From Candidatus Babeliales bacterium (GTDB lineage Bacteria > Babelota > Babeliae > Babelales > Vermiphilaceae), in assembly GCA_963743635.1 (NCBI GenBank), contig CAVUQO010000003.1, positions 288,001 through 352,000 on the forward strand: 64,000 nt of DNA, in the 5' to 3' direction. The notes below the pieces were generated by a model, which saw only the letters and a program-made list of their open reading frames with translations, ran no database searches and had not been told where the DNA came from. A program made the translations under genes and the position numbers. Below are positions 48,693 through 59,028 of the stretch, one piece after another. Position 1 is the stretch's first letter; every line of letters begins with the position of its first letter.

Positions 48693-49103
48693 TTACGCAG
48701 CTGGTGGTGTTGCGTTGGTAAACGCCGTCGTTACGTAATTGACCAAGTCATTGATTGGCTGGAAGCCTGATGATTGGCTAATTTTTACGCCATCAAGGTA
48801 GCAATAGAGCGTTGGCATGCTTCTGATGCCAAAAGTGCTCGTGACGCCAGGAAGAGCGACATCAATTTTCACAAAAAGAACATCGTTAATTCTTGAGGGT
48901 AGTTGTGCATAGTGAGGCGCCATGCGTTTGCAGGGAGGGCAGGTTGGCGAATAAAAATCAACTACAACGCGTGCATTGCTGCTGATAATGCTTTGCAGTT
49001 GTGCTACGGAAGTTGCTTCAACAACGGAGCTACTGGCTTCAATTATGGCCGGTGCAACGCAAGACATAAGGAGAATAAATGCAGTGTAAGAACGTAAGTT
49101 CAT
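48693..49103 (-). CDS. Secreted thioredoxin
   Basis: VVVDFYSPTCPPCK, FVKIDV, IRSMPT; signal peptide. Confidence 0.88.
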   Translation of the reverse strand: MNLRSYTAFILLMSCVAPAIIEASSSVVEATSVAQLQSIISSNARVVVDFYSPTCPPCKRMAPHYAQLPSRINDVLFVKIDVALPGVTSTFGIRSMPTLYCYLDGVKISQSSGFQPINDLVNYVTTAFTNATPPAA

Positions 49104-49203
49104 TGAACTATCCTTTCAATAATGGTTATGAGAATAACATATTCTCATCTTGTATGTTTCCATTTCATAGCATAGACCGCGCCGCGTTCGATGGCAAATT
49201 CTT

Positions 49204-49947
49204 CTACGAAAGAAGATAGTCTTGAATAGATTTGTTCAAATCTTCTTCCAGGGAGGCAAGGACTGCTCGTTTGCATTCAGGAGAGTTAACATCGGCATAC
49301 TTTTTAGTGACACCTTCAATATTCAGCCCAGTTTGGCGGAAAACTTCTTTACCATTTTTGAAAAAGACAAGAAGTGGAATGTTCTCAACGGGCATACCTA
49401 AAATCTTGTGTTGTGTGATGTCAACATTGATGATCCGCACTTTAGATGCATATACTGTTGCAGTGCGCTCAAGAACTGGCTGAAAGAACTGACATGGCGG
49501 GCACCATGAAGCAGTAAATCGCACTATTACATTTTCATGTGTTGCAAATTCATGTTCTAGCGCCAGATACCCAACCGTTTGTCTGATGATGCTATCAAAA
49601 AAAAAATCGGTCCATTCCTTACTCATAGTTTGTGCATTGAAATCAACCTTTTTTTGCAGGTCGTCATGCACGCATTCAATCAAAGGACGTATTGCATCAG
49701 ATTGATACGCGGCATTGAGAAAAGCATATGTTTCATCAACGAGTGCGCTATTTAACATAGTTGAGAATTCTTCCTGCGTAGCAGATCCTTTACGATTTGC
49801 ATTCTCAGGAATGATCATACACATTTCATTAATAAGCGTAGTGAAATCGATCAGGGCTGACGGTGTTTGGATATTATTTTCCATCGCATTGAGTGCAATT
49901 GACGAGCCAAGAAGTAGTACAAGAGTGAGAGTAGTATTAAATTTCAT
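49204..49947 (-). CDS. Secreted thioredoxin-domain protein
   Basis: FTASWCPPCQ, NIPLLVFFKNGKEV; signal ending LNA-ME. Confidence 0.85.
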   Translation of the reverse strand: MKFNTTLTLVLLLGSSIALNAMENNIQTPSALIDFTTLINEMCMIIPENANRKGSATQEEFSTMLNSALVDETYAFLNAAYQSDAIRPLIECVHDDLQKKVDFNAQTMSKEWTDFFFDSIIRQTVGYLALEHEFATHENVIVRFTASWCPPCQFFQPVLERTATVYASKVRIINVDITQHKILGMPVENIPLLVFFKNGKEVFRQTGLNIEGVTKKYADVNSPECKRAVLASLEEDLNKSIQDYLLS

Positions 49948-50060
49948 AGTATTGTTCCTTTGGTGATTGTTTTTAATTAGAGTTGGTAACCGTAGTAGGA
50001 TATAAGAGCCATAGTGCATTGTCAAAATGGGTATATTTATCACAAAAGAAAGGATCAGAT

Positions 50061-50456
50061 ATGGATTATACAAAAGCAGGAATCATAGCAGGGGTAATAT
50101 TTGTATTATTGGATAGTGTGTGGTTGGGGTTGATTGCGCGATCATTCTATAAAGAGCAGTTAGGCACATTAATGCGCGCACAGCCGCAGTGGTGGGCAGC
50201 AGGATGCGTATATCTATTTATGATTGCAGGATTTGTTTGGTTTGTATTTCCGCAGGTATCGATGGTTCGCTCCGTGATGAGCGCGGTGCAATATGGCGCC
50301 CGCTTTGGCGTTGTAGTTTTTGGAGTGTATGAATGCACCAATTATGCAACCCTCGCTGGTTGGCCATTATCCTTGATGATAATCGATATCATCTGGGGAG
50401 GCGTGCTGTATGCTGCCGCGAGTGCTGCGGTGTTTTATCTACGATCATTTTGGTGA
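50061..50456 (+). CDS. DUF2177-like membrane protein
   Basis: LDSVWLG.IA..FY..QLG.LM, GVYE.TNYATL.GW......DIIWG. Confidence 0.8.
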   Translation: MDYTKAGIIAGVIFVLLDSVWLGLIARSFYKEQLGTLMRAQPQWWAAGCVYLFMIAGFVWFVFPQVSMVRSVMSAVQYGARFGVVVFGVYECTNYATLAGWPLSLMIIDIIWGGVLYAAASAAVFYLRSFW

Positions 50457-51680
50457 TGGTTGCTCAGTTTTTTCTGGGGTTGCTTTTGATTCGGCGATTT
50501 CGTAAACAACTTCATCTGCATCAGTGATGCCATCCGTGATTTCAGTAAAATCTGCATCGCTGATGCCAACGGTAACTACTTTTTCGATAAAGGCATTATT
50601 TTGATAAATCCAGACTGTTTGTGCATCATCTTTGAGCATGAGATCGTGGCGTGCTTTGTAATCAAGCGGTTTATAGCCATAGCCTTCTTCTTCTGCAAGT
50701 TCCTGCAGCGCACGCTTATTTATGGTCAATGCCTTTTTTGGCATGCTCAACGCATTTTCTTTTTCAGCAACGATAATGCGTGCTCCAAACGTCAGGCCAG
50801 GGCGCAATGAGAGATCTTTATTATCGATCATGGCGATCGCATAATGAGGAATTGATTTTTCGATTTTTGGAATAAGATTTAAAAAGGGGTAATCGGCTAA
50901 TTCTAGGGTATGCGAGATCCCGGTGACTTGACTAACGGTGCCGGTAAATTTTTGGCGGGGATACGTATCAACCGTCATGTGTACAGACATATTAGCATCG
51001 ACGATCTCAAGCGCGGCATCATCAAGCACCATATATGCCTTCAAGAGTTCGATATCTCGAGCTATGGTGCACACAATGGTCACCGGAGTGACGCCAAAAT
51101 CATTCGATATTGTTTCTCCTGGAGTAGCACGTATTTCAATAACCATGCCCGATACGGTGGAAGGAATTTGTTTATTGTTGAAGGTCAATTTTGCTTGTTC
51201 ATAGAGAGCTTTTGCTTGCTCCACTTTAGCATATGCATCTTCATAATCACGCTGTGCTTGTTGCATGAGATCGAGAGAAATCTGATTGCGTGCAAAAAGT
51301 GATTCTTGGCGTTTAAAAAACGCCGTCTGATAGGTGAATGCTGCTTGTGCTGCATCTAAATTTGCAAAATTTGCATTAATGTCAGCATCTTCACGGCCAT
51401 CATCAACTTCAACAAGAAGTTGCCCTTTTTTGACCAAATCATTCTCTTTGAAATGCACAGAGCGAATAATACCATTGACGATGTTACCAATTCTCACAAT
51501 TTCTTGGGGCATCAATATCCCTTTAGTGTTGACCACTGACATGAGGTCTCGATGTTGAGGCTTTTCAGTACTAAAACTGTCGCCTTGTTTTCCCTTAGGG
51601 GGGTAATGACGAAAACCTACGGTAAAGATGATAGCACTACTGACAAACAGTAACCACATCGCATATTTTTTTATAATCAT
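50445..51680 (-). CDS. Efflux periplasmic adaptor (MacA/HlyD-like membrane fusion protein)
   Basis: VNGII..V..KEND.VKKGQLL, I.S.VSG.V, LRPGLT, V.VGISD..FTEI.DG. Confidence 0.9.
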   Translation of the reverse strand: MIIKKYAMWLLFVSSAIIFTVGFRHYPPKGKQGDSFSTEKPQHRDLMSVVNTKGILMPQEIVRIGNIVNGIIRSVHFKENDLVKKGQLLVEVDDGREDADINANFANLDAAQAAFTYQTAFFKRQESLFARNQISLDLMQQAQRDYEDAYAKVEQAKALYEQAKLTFNNKQIPSTVSGMVIEIRATPGETISNDFGVTPVTIVCTIARDIELLKAYMVLDDAALEIVDANMSVHMTVDTYPRQKFTGTVSQVTGISHTLELADYPFLNLIPKIEKSIPHYAIAMIDNKDLSLRPGLTFGARIIVAEKENALSMPKKALTINKRALQELAEEEGYGYKPLDYKARHDLMLKDDAQTVWIYQNNAFIEKVVTVGISDADFTEITDGITDADEVVYEIAESKATPEKTEQPSPK

Positions 51681-51700
51681 TTAGGACTCCAGTTCTAGTC

Positions 51701-53050
51701 TTATTCGAATTCGGGTGGATACCCACAAGTAAAGAGTAATTCTCTATGTTTTTTCTCAGTAATAATCGCTTGTGTGTCTAAAGCATACTGTGCGTTTTTC
51801 CAGTCAGTTTCAGCTGCTTTTAATTCTACTTCAGATATTTGACCAACTTCAAAGGCCTGTTTTTGGAACTCGTATACTTCCTGCGCGGTTATATAGCGTG
51901 CTTTTTCAGCTTCCACTTCTTTGAGTAATGCCTGGAGTTGATAATAGGCAGATTTGACATCCCGTTGTATTTGTAACGAAAGATCAAGTTGTTGCATTTT
52001 TAAGGATATTGTTTCGGCTTCAGTGGCACTGGCATCATACGCATTATAAAAGCTATCAAACTGCCATGATGCGGTGATACCAAATTGTAAAGAGATGAGT
52101 GGTGCGGTTTCGCCGAATACTAATATCGTAAATTTATTGCGCTGAGCATCCAAGGTAAAATTAATGGTTGGTGCATACGTATGCAGGAGGAAAGAGGCAT
52201 TTTTTTCTGCACGATCAACGTCCCATGCTAGTCCTGCAAGATCATGACGAAAAAGAAGTGCATTTTCAAGGTACTTATCAAGAGATGCAACGTGAAAATC
52301 AAGCAGTCCATGCTCCATGAGTAATTCAGGGGTTTCATTGCGAGATTCCAGCATGAACGGTATGCTCAAGGCGCGTTCTAAGAAACTGAATGATCCTTTC
52401 AAATCATCTTGATATCGCTTAACGGCAGTTTGCGCAGTTGTAAAATCGGATTGGCTTTGTTGCCATTGTGGTCTTGATAAGAATCCTACTTCGTGTTGGG
52501 TTATTGCGCGCTCAAAAAGAAAGTGCGATGAAGTATCGAGTGCTGTAATACGATTTTTATTGCGCACATTTAAGAGTGCATCAAGAAATGTAGATTCGCT
52601 TTCAAAGCGAATGGCGGTACGATGAAAGTGTTCAGCTTCTTCATTAACGTTTGTGGTTGCTCGTTGTATACGATATTTTTGTAATGGTCCTGCAAAGCTC
52701 CAGATGAGTTGCGATAGATGTATACTCGCATTCCTTTTTGCATATTCCACGCCATATATCGGTTGAGAATTCGTAGATGCGGCAAAACCAGATACGCTAA
52801 TTTGAGGAAATGCCAGTGCTAATTCCTTTTGTTCTAATTCAGTGCTGCGTTTAACTTCAGCGATGTAAGATTGTAAGCTGGGGCGATTTTCATACGTAAG
52901 CGGCGCGAGTTGAGAAAATGCTATACAAGAAAGGGGACGTCTTTCTCCGCCCATCGAAAACACAGCGTGTGGATTACGGTTTGCGTATGCGGATGACGCG
53001 CATGCCGCAATCATGACCCCGTAAAACACATATGGTACTCTCTTGTTCAC
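51701..53050 (-). CDS. TolC-family outer membrane efflux protein
   Basis: Two OEP-like halves (VGFLS, DVKSAYY.L, FEVGQIS.VEL); co-oriented with the MFP gene. Confidence 0.85.
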   Translation of the reverse strand: MNKRVPYVFYGVMIAACASSAYANRNPHAVFSMGGERRPLSCIAFSQLAPLTYENRPSLQSYIAEVKRSTELEQKELALAFPQISVSGFAASTNSQPIYGVEYAKRNASIHLSQLIWSFAGPLQKYRIQRATTNVNEEAEHFHRTAIRFESESTFLDALLNVRNKNRITALDTSSHFLFERAITQHEVGFLSRPQWQQSQSDFTTAQTAVKRYQDDLKGSFSFLERALSIPFMLESRNETPELLMEHGLLDFHVASLDKYLENALLFRHDLAGLAWDVDRAEKNASFLLHTYAPTINFTLDAQRNKFTILVFGETAPLISLQFGITASWQFDSFYNAYDASATEAETISLKMQQLDLSLQIQRDVKSAYYQLQALLKEVEAEKARYITAQEVYEFQKQAFEVGQISEVELKAAETDWKNAQYALDTQAIITEKKHRELLFTCGYPPEFE

Positions 53051-53228
53051 TACAGATCTCCCTTGAATAACTCTTTGTATGAGTGAAGCTATTATTTTTT
53101 GATACGTAAATCAATACTTTGGTTAGCTACTCATGGAGATGGCCTATAGTTAGCATTAAAGTGATTCAGACTTATGCATATATGAGGTGTGCATAAGCCT
53201 GAATTTTTTAGATTGGGGCTGTTGCAGC

Positions 53229-53603
53229 TTAGCGGCATGAGTCCTTAAGGCATACATTGCATGCCACGACGCAATCATTGCATGCTTGTATGGATCTCTG
53301 ACAAGCAGCAGCGCATTCTGAACTGCCATCATGACATTCCTTAATACATGCTTCGCATGCTTTGATGCATTCTTGGCATTTTTTTATGCACTCTTTGCAT
53401 GCTTGAATGCAGGACGGCTTCTCGCAATCTCTGAGATGCTCTTGGCATTTAGTAATGCAATCCCTGCATGCTTCTATGCAACTCTTAGACGCAGCCATAT
53501 CGCAACCATTGGGATTACATCTATTGGAAGATTTACTACATTCATCAGCGCACAATTTACATGCCTTAATACAGTGTTGACATGCATCGTTATGGTTAGT
53601 CAT
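53229..53603 (-). CDS. Cys-rich four-helix-bundle protein (DUF326 / copper-storage-like)
   Basis: Repeated C-x3-C-x2-C-x3-C pattern over 124 aa; no signal peptide. Confidence 0.75.
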   Translation of the reverse strand: MTNHNDACQHCIKACKLCADECSKSSNRCNPNGCDMAASKSCIEACRDCITKCQEHLRDCEKPSCIQACKECIKKCQECIKACEACIKECHDGSSECAAACQRSIQACNDCVVACNVCLKDSCR

Positions 53604-53742
53604 AATAGTGCCTTTTTAGTTGGGGATGATTGAAAAATATTTCAAATAATGAGCTCGCGTATTTTATATGCCAACATGCTAGCAGCAACGATGTTCTAAA
53701 GAAAAGAAATTGTAGATAATTAAATGAACGAGTTCACGTTAA

Positions 53743-54582
53743 TTAGGAATTTATGGAGATTTGGTTGATGACGACATACTCCGGAACGGGCGCAGGCGGA
53801 TTGATAGCAACATAGTCAGGAACCGATGGAGATGGACTTGTCACGCCATAGCCCGGAACGGGCGAAGGCAGATAGACCTTTGGCACTTCTATCGCAATAT
53901 CAACCGTATCGGTGCTATCGTATAGATTATAGAGCTTGAGGCGAAAGAGATAAAAGAAAGTATCTTCTGGCAGCATCATCATATTGATATATGATCGATC
54001 ATTTAAAAACATTACTTTGGTAATGGTCTCTCCCGGATCGATAATGATATTCGTTGCGCTGAGACCATAGCGCATAAGGTGCGCATCGGTTGTCTTATAA
54101 TGTTTCGAACGATGCAGCGCAAAGCGATGGGCTTGATACAAAAGGCTACAGAGCGTTGCAGTAGCACTCAGATATTTGGTGGTTACTCCCAAGTGCGGTA
54201 CATATTCATGCATAAAACTCCATCCTGCAATAAAGCCGATCCATCCGGTGATCGCGCATCCATAGGCGGTAATCATTTCAATAGTATAGTGTTGGAAGAT
54301 AACATTTTTAGCAATAGTGTGCGGTGCTACGAGTGAGAGTGGTTCGATGCTATTGCCTGAGATGAGCAATGTTTTTTCGGTATTATTAGTGATTACTAAT
54401 TGGAGTGGGCAGATGTGATATGCATGGAGATTATACAGAAAATATTTGATACTTTCATGAGCCTGCATAATATGCGCAGACACGCCGACATTATCATTGG
54501 TGGTGGTGAAGGTGAGATTGTGCGAGATCTGGGCGCATGAGGATACGTGTGTGAATAGGAGTAGGGTAATCAAGAAATACAT
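53743..54582 (-). CDS. Secreted or membrane hypothetical protein with repeat-derived C-terminal tail
   Basis: Similar to its neighbour (PLQLVITNNTEKT vs PLHLAIDNDSDTT; IIIDPG vs VIIDPD). Confidence 0.7.
   Translation of the reverse strand: MYFLITLLLFTHVSSCAQISHNLTFTTTNDNVGVSAHIMQAHESIKYFLYNLHAYHICPLQLVITNNTEKTLLISGNSIEPLSLVAPHTIAKNVIFQHYTIEMITAYGCAITGWIGFIAGWSFMHEYVPHLGVTTKYLSATATLCSLLYQAHRFALHRSKHYKTTDAHLMRYGLSATNIIIDPGETITKVMFLNDRSYINMMMLPEDTFFYLFRLKLYNLYDSTDTVDIAIEVPKVYLPSPVPGYGVTSPSPSVPDYVAINPPAPVPEYVVINQISINS
53764..53872 (-). repeat. Three degenerate 36-bp units resembling family B, translated in frame
   Basis: LPSPVPGYGVTS/PSPSVPDYVAIN/PPAPVPEYVVIN; first unit ccttcgc-ccgttccgg-gctatggcgtgacaag. 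Confidence 0.55.
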
Positions 54583-54616
54583 ACATAATCTTTCTTGTGT
54601 TATAATTCTCCGTTAT

Positions 54617-55207
54617 TTATGCAGCGAGCGGAAATTGTAGCGTATGAGATGGATCATCGGCATCCACCAACGTGATGGTGAATCGCTTCATTTTTGCTTG
54701 AGAGCGGCAGAACACGAGTGCATTATGTTGTATGTCTGGATCAATAATGACTTCATCCTCAAGGCTTTTTTCTGCAATGTCGGTTTCAATTATTTTATTC
54801 GCGTAATGGGATATGGCGCCGTGTGCAAGACCGACTGGCAAGAGCAGTGCGCCCAAGCCTACTGAAGTCCATGGACTTGCTTTATATTGTTTTGCAACAT
54901 CTTTATTTTCGGCAAGCGGTAAACTGATATTCTCTTTGCTCAGTATCCAGGTCGTATCACTGTCATTATCGATTGCAAGATGCAGCGGATGGAGATACGG
55001 TGTTTCTTTACCAAAATAATAGGTTTGTTCCTCATCATCAAAAGATTTTACACTGACCGTGACGCCATCTTTGCTGCGTGAACTATGAGCGCTTGATTGA
55101 TTAAGGGGAGTCAATCTGCGAGAGCGATATTTAAGATTAGAGGTACAGTTTGGCAGCGCCACAAGGCTGAGTATGCTCAATACAGTAAAGAAATATGAAG
55201 ATTTCAT
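54617..55207 (-). CDS. Hypothetical lipoprotein
   Basis: Signal ending LPNC; central hydrophobic segment. Confidence 0.7.
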   Translation of the reverse strand: MKSSYFFTVLSILSLVALPNCTSNLKYRSRRLTPLNQSSAHSSRSKDGVTVSVKSFDDEEQTYYFGKETPYLHPLHLAIDNDSDTTWILSKENISLPLAENKDVAKQYKASPWTSVGLGALLLPVGLAHGAISHYANKIIETDIAEKSLEDEVIIDPDIQHNALVFCRSQAKMKRFTITLVDADDPSHTLQFPLAA

Positions 55208-55405
55208 AATGTTTATCCTTATAGATGCCTGATATGAATTTTTCCTATTATGACTTTTCTTGAGCGGTTGTCAAATCAAGCTTATACTGAAAAAGCTTTT
55301 AGTAATGGGATTTATTCTGTGTTCGCTCAATATTTAAATTTGCCCATGGAGGAAGTTTATGGTACACATCAATACAGTAAATAGTAGAGTAATAAGGTGG
55401 TGAAA

Positions 55406-56725
55406 ATGGATTATATACAAATTTCAGTCGACGCTGCGGGCATTGATGCACAGCAGTTGCGGCAGCGTATTGAAGATGCGCGTCCGGAAATGGAGCGCAT
55501 GCGCACGGCGCGCAAAGGGGGTTATGATTCTTCTTATGCTTCGCTGAATCTTCCGAGTGATACGCGCATGTTACACAATGTGAAAGCAGTAATCGCGCAG
55601 CAGCAGCATAGAAAGCCGGTTATACTCGTAGTGATTGGTATTGGAGGTTCATGTTTGGGTACGATAGCGGTGCAGGAAATGCTCTATGGTCGACGATACA
55701 ATGAACGTAATCCAGCGTTGCGCATCTACTACGTCGATACAGTGGATACCGATCAGCTTTCTGAAATTCTTGAGCTCGTTGAGCAATCGCTTGCGCGTGG
55801 TCAGGAAGTGGTCATCAACGCAATCAGTAAATCGGGCACCACTACTGAAACCATTGTTAACTTTGAATGTTTCTTTGACCTTCTAAAACGGCATCGTCCT
55901 GCAAACTATCAAGAGAGCGTAGTGATTACAACCGATGAAGGATCAAAATTATGGGAATTTGGTACGCAAGAGGGTATTGCCTGCTTGGCGATTCCGGCGC
56001 TTGTTGGGGGCCGATATTCAGTGTTTTCTGCAGTCGGATTATTTCCGCTTGGTTTGATAGGGATTGATATTGATGCGCTCTGCGCTGGCGCTCAGCAGAT
56101 GGTAGAACGCTGTGCTGGTGATTCGTTGGAGCATAATGATGCGGTGCAACGCGCCGCCATATTATATGCGCAGTATCAGCAGGGCAGAATGATTCATGAT
56201 ACCTTTATGTTTTGCGTTGATGGCGAGTCAGTGGGTAAATGGTATCGCCAGCTTGTTGGGGAAAGTATTGGCAAGGCAATGGATCGCAACGGCAATGAGG
56301 TGCACGTTGGTATTACGCCAACCGTTTCTATTGGTAGTACTGATTTACATTCGGTCGGTCAGTTATATTTGGGTGGGCCGCGCGACAAAGTGACCACCTT
56401 TGTTTCAGTTGAAACAAGCCATTCCAATGTAATAGTGCCAAACTATCCATCATTTGAAAAATTGGTTGCAAAGATTCAAGGAAAATCGGTAGTTTCTATA
56501 CTCTCTGCTATTTTAGAAGGTACGAAGGCGGCATATATGCGTGCAGGAATTCCCTTTATGACGATTACCATGCCTCAAAAAAATGCAACTTATCTGGGAC
56601 AATTGATGCAGATGCAGATGTTAGAAATAATGTATTTAGGATATATGTTTAATGTTGATCCGTTTGATCAACCACAAGTTGAGCTCTATAAAAAAGAGAC
56701 GCGAAAGATATTAGCTCATGAATGA
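55406..56725 (+). CDS. pgi: Glucose-6-phosphate isomerase
   Basis: IGIGGS.LG, SKSGTTTET, VGGRYSV.S.VG, QL.GES.GK, PFDQP.VE.YK. Confidence 0.95.
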   Translation: MDYIQISVDAAGIDAQQLRQRIEDARPEMERMRTARKGGYDSSYASLNLPSDTRMLHNVKAVIAQQQHRKPVILVVIGIGGSCLGTIAVQEMLYGRRYNERNPALRIYYVDTVDTDQLSEILELVEQSLARGQEVVINAISKSGTTTETIVNFECFFDLLKRHRPANYQESVVITTDEGSKLWEFGTQEGIACLAIPALVGGRYSVFSAVGLFPLGLIGIDIDALCAGAQQMVERCAGDSLEHNDAVQRAAILYAQYQQGRMIHDTFMFCVDGESVGKWYRQLVGESIGKAMDRNGNEVHVGITPTVSIGSTDLHSVGQLYLGGPRDKVTTFVSVETSHSNVIVPNYPSFEKLVAKIQGKSVVSILSAILEGTKAAYMRAGIPFMTITMPQKNATYLGQLMQMQMLEIMYLGYMFNVDPFDQPQVELYKKETRKILAHE

Positions 56726-58112
56726 TGTAACGTTTATTGTATTTGGTGCTTCAGGCGATTTGACCAAACGAAAGTTATTGCCTGCATTGTACGCGCAATT
56801 TGCAAGAGGTACCGGTGAAAAATTTTTGATAGTGGGAGCGGCTATTGATGATCTTTCTCGTGACGATATGCTCAATCATGCAAAACCGTTCATCAAAGAT
56901 CTGGATGAAGAAATTTTTAAAAAATTTAGTGAACATTGCTATTATCAATGGCTTGATTTTGCCGATGCGGATGGCTTCTCTCGTCTCAATATGTATATCA
57001 GTGATCTTGAAAAGAAAAAGGGCCTTCCGGGCAAACGCTTGGTTTACTTTGCAATCGCATCAACCTTTTATTGTAGCGTTACGACGCACTGCGCGCAGTC
57101 AAAGCTTGCTGGAAAGAAAGATGCGCAAGATCCAATTTGGCATAGACTTATTTATGAAAAGCCATTTGGCTATGATGGTTTATCGGCCCATGAAATCAAT
57201 GCCTGCATAGCGCAGCATTTCAATGAAATTCAGATTTATCGCATTGATCATTATCTGACCAAAGAATTGGTGGGCAATATTGCATTGGTTCGTTTTACTA
57301 ACTGCGTATTTGAGCCGTTATGGAATAATCGCTATATCGATAATGTCCAAATCATCGTGAGCGAAGAGGGCGGTATTGAAGATCGAGGTGGTTATTATGA
57401 TAATTACGGTGCGCTCAAAGATATGGTTCAAAATCATATGCTCGAACTTGTTGCATTGCTTGCTATGGAAGCGCCTGAACAATTGAGTGGTGAATATATC
57501 CGGCAAGAGCGAGTGCGGGTATTACAAAAATTGCGCTTTTCAGACATCATTTTCGGACAATATAGAGGATATGTGGATGAACCGGGTGTGCGCCCGGGAT
57601 CTCAAACTGATACGTTTGTAGCACTCCAACTCTATATTGATAATCCGCGTTGGGCAGGGATTCCATTCTATCTTAAAACGGGTAAAAAGTTGGATAAAAC
57701 CGAAACAGTTATTCATATCAAATTCAAACAAGTAGATTGTTTGCTAGCACGTAAATGTCCGAGTGATACTAACTATTTGACAATACGGGTTTCGCCTAAC
57801 CCAGCATTTTCATTAACATTGAATGCAAAAAAGCCAGGCGTGGCAAATGAGGTGGTTCCTGTTAATATGGACTTTTGTCATAGTTGTCTTTTTGGCGAGA
57901 AAATACCCGATTCATATGAAATACTGCTACAAGAAATTGTACGAGGTGAACAAGCTGCATCAGTTCGTTTCGATGAAATAGAATATGCGTGGAAATTTAT
58001 TGATAGTATTGATCAAACAGAGGTACCGCTGTACTTGTATAATCCAGGAGCAACGGGACCAAAAGAGTTAGAAAATTTTGCATATAAACATGGAGTAAGA
58101 TTACGATCATGA
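56718..58112 (+). CDS. zwf: Glucose-6-phosphate 1-dehydrogenase
   Basis: FGASGDL.KRKL.PAL, EKPFG, YRIDHYL.KE, DMVQNH, RWAG.PFYL.TGK. Confidence 0.96.
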   Translation: MNDVTFIVFGASGDLTKRKLLPALYAQFARGTGEKFLIVGAAIDDLSRDDMLNHAKPFIKDLDEEIFKKFSEHCYYQWLDFADADGFSRLNMYISDLEKKKGLPGKRLVYFAIASTFYCSVTTHCAQSKLAGKKDAQDPIWHRLIYEKPFGYDGLSAHEINACIAQHFNEIQIYRIDHYLTKELVGNIALVRFTNCVFEPLWNNRYIDNVQIIVSEEGGIEDRGGYYDNYGALKDMVQNHMLELVALLAMEAPEQLSGEYIRQERVRVLQKLRFSDIIFGQYRGYVDEPGVRPGSQTDTFVALQLYIDNPRWAGIPFYLKTGKKLDKTETVIHIKFKQVDCLLARKCPSDTNYLTIRVSPNPAFSLTLNAKKPGVANEVVPVNMDFCHSCLFGEKIPDSYEILLQEIVRGEQAASVRFDEIEYAWKFIDSIDQTEVPLYLYNPGATGPKELENFAYKHGVRLRS

Positions 58113-59011
58113 ACGTAGGTGTAATTGGCTTAGGTAAAATGGGTAATGCGGTTGCGTATCGTTTGGTACAAGCAGGGCATATCGTGTATGGTTTTGATCC
58201 TTATGATGAAGCAAAATTGGAAGCAGAAAAAGCGGGCGTAATGGTTGCTGCAACGATTCCCGAAGTTGCAAAAGAAGCACGGGTGATATGGTTATTTATA
58301 CCGGCAGGGGAGTTAGTTGATAATGTCATTGCTGAGTTATTACCGCATCTTCATCCGGGCGACATTATTATCGATGGTGGCAATAGTAAATATACCGATT
58401 CAATACGACGCGCTACTGCGTTGAAAACACACGATATTATATTCCTTGATTGTGGTACTTCTGGCGGTGTGCATGGCCGCACCAATGGATTCTGCCTCAT
58501 GTTTGGCGGTGATAGAGCAGCATATACGGCAATTGAGCCGTTGTGTAAGGCTATTGCGGCGCCAGGCGGTTTTGGACACGTCGGCATTTCGGGCACCGGA
58601 CACTATGTAAAAATGGTACATAATGGTATCGAATATGGATTGTTGCAAGCATATGCTGAAGGCTTTCAAATCATGCATGAAGGCACATTCCATGATGAAA
58701 CGTTAAATCTTGAAGAAATAACGCGCATTTGGAGTAATGGCTCAGTGGTGCGATCATTCTTACTTGATTTAGCCCATGGTGTATTTACGAAAGATCAGCA
58801 ATTGAGCACTATTAGTGGTGAGATTAAAGAGGGTGGAACTGGCAAGTGGACGCTTGAAGAAGCGCGTGCGAATAATATTCCGGTCCCCGTTCTTGATGCA
58901 TCATTACGCGTGCGTGCGTGGTCACGCGATACGGGCGGAAATTATGCAACCAAAGTGGTGCAAATGCTTCGACACGCATTTGGCGGTCATCCGATAAAAA
59001 AAATAACGTGA
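58109..59011 (+). CDS. gnd: Short-form decarboxylating 6-phosphogluconate dehydrogenase
   Basis: IGLGKMG, IIDGGNS, DCGTSGG, GHYVKMVHNGIEYG, LR.AFGGH. Confidence 0.95.
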   Translation: MNVGVIGLGKMGNAVAYRLVQAGHIVYGFDPYDEAKLEAEKAGVMVAATIPEVAKEARVIWLFIPAGELVDNVIAELLPHLHPGDIIIDGGNSKYTDSIRRATALKTHDIIFLDCGTSGGVHGRTNGFCLMFGGDRAAYTAIEPLCKAIAAPGGFGHVGISGTGHYVKMVHNGIEYGLLQAYAEGFQIMHEGTFHDETLNLEEITRIWSNGSVVRSFLLDLAHGVFTKDQQLSTISGEIKEGGTGKWTLEEARANNIPVPVLDASLRVRAWSRDTGGNYATKVVQMLRHAFGGHPIKKIT

Positions 59012-59028
59012 GATTGAGGTTATTCGGA

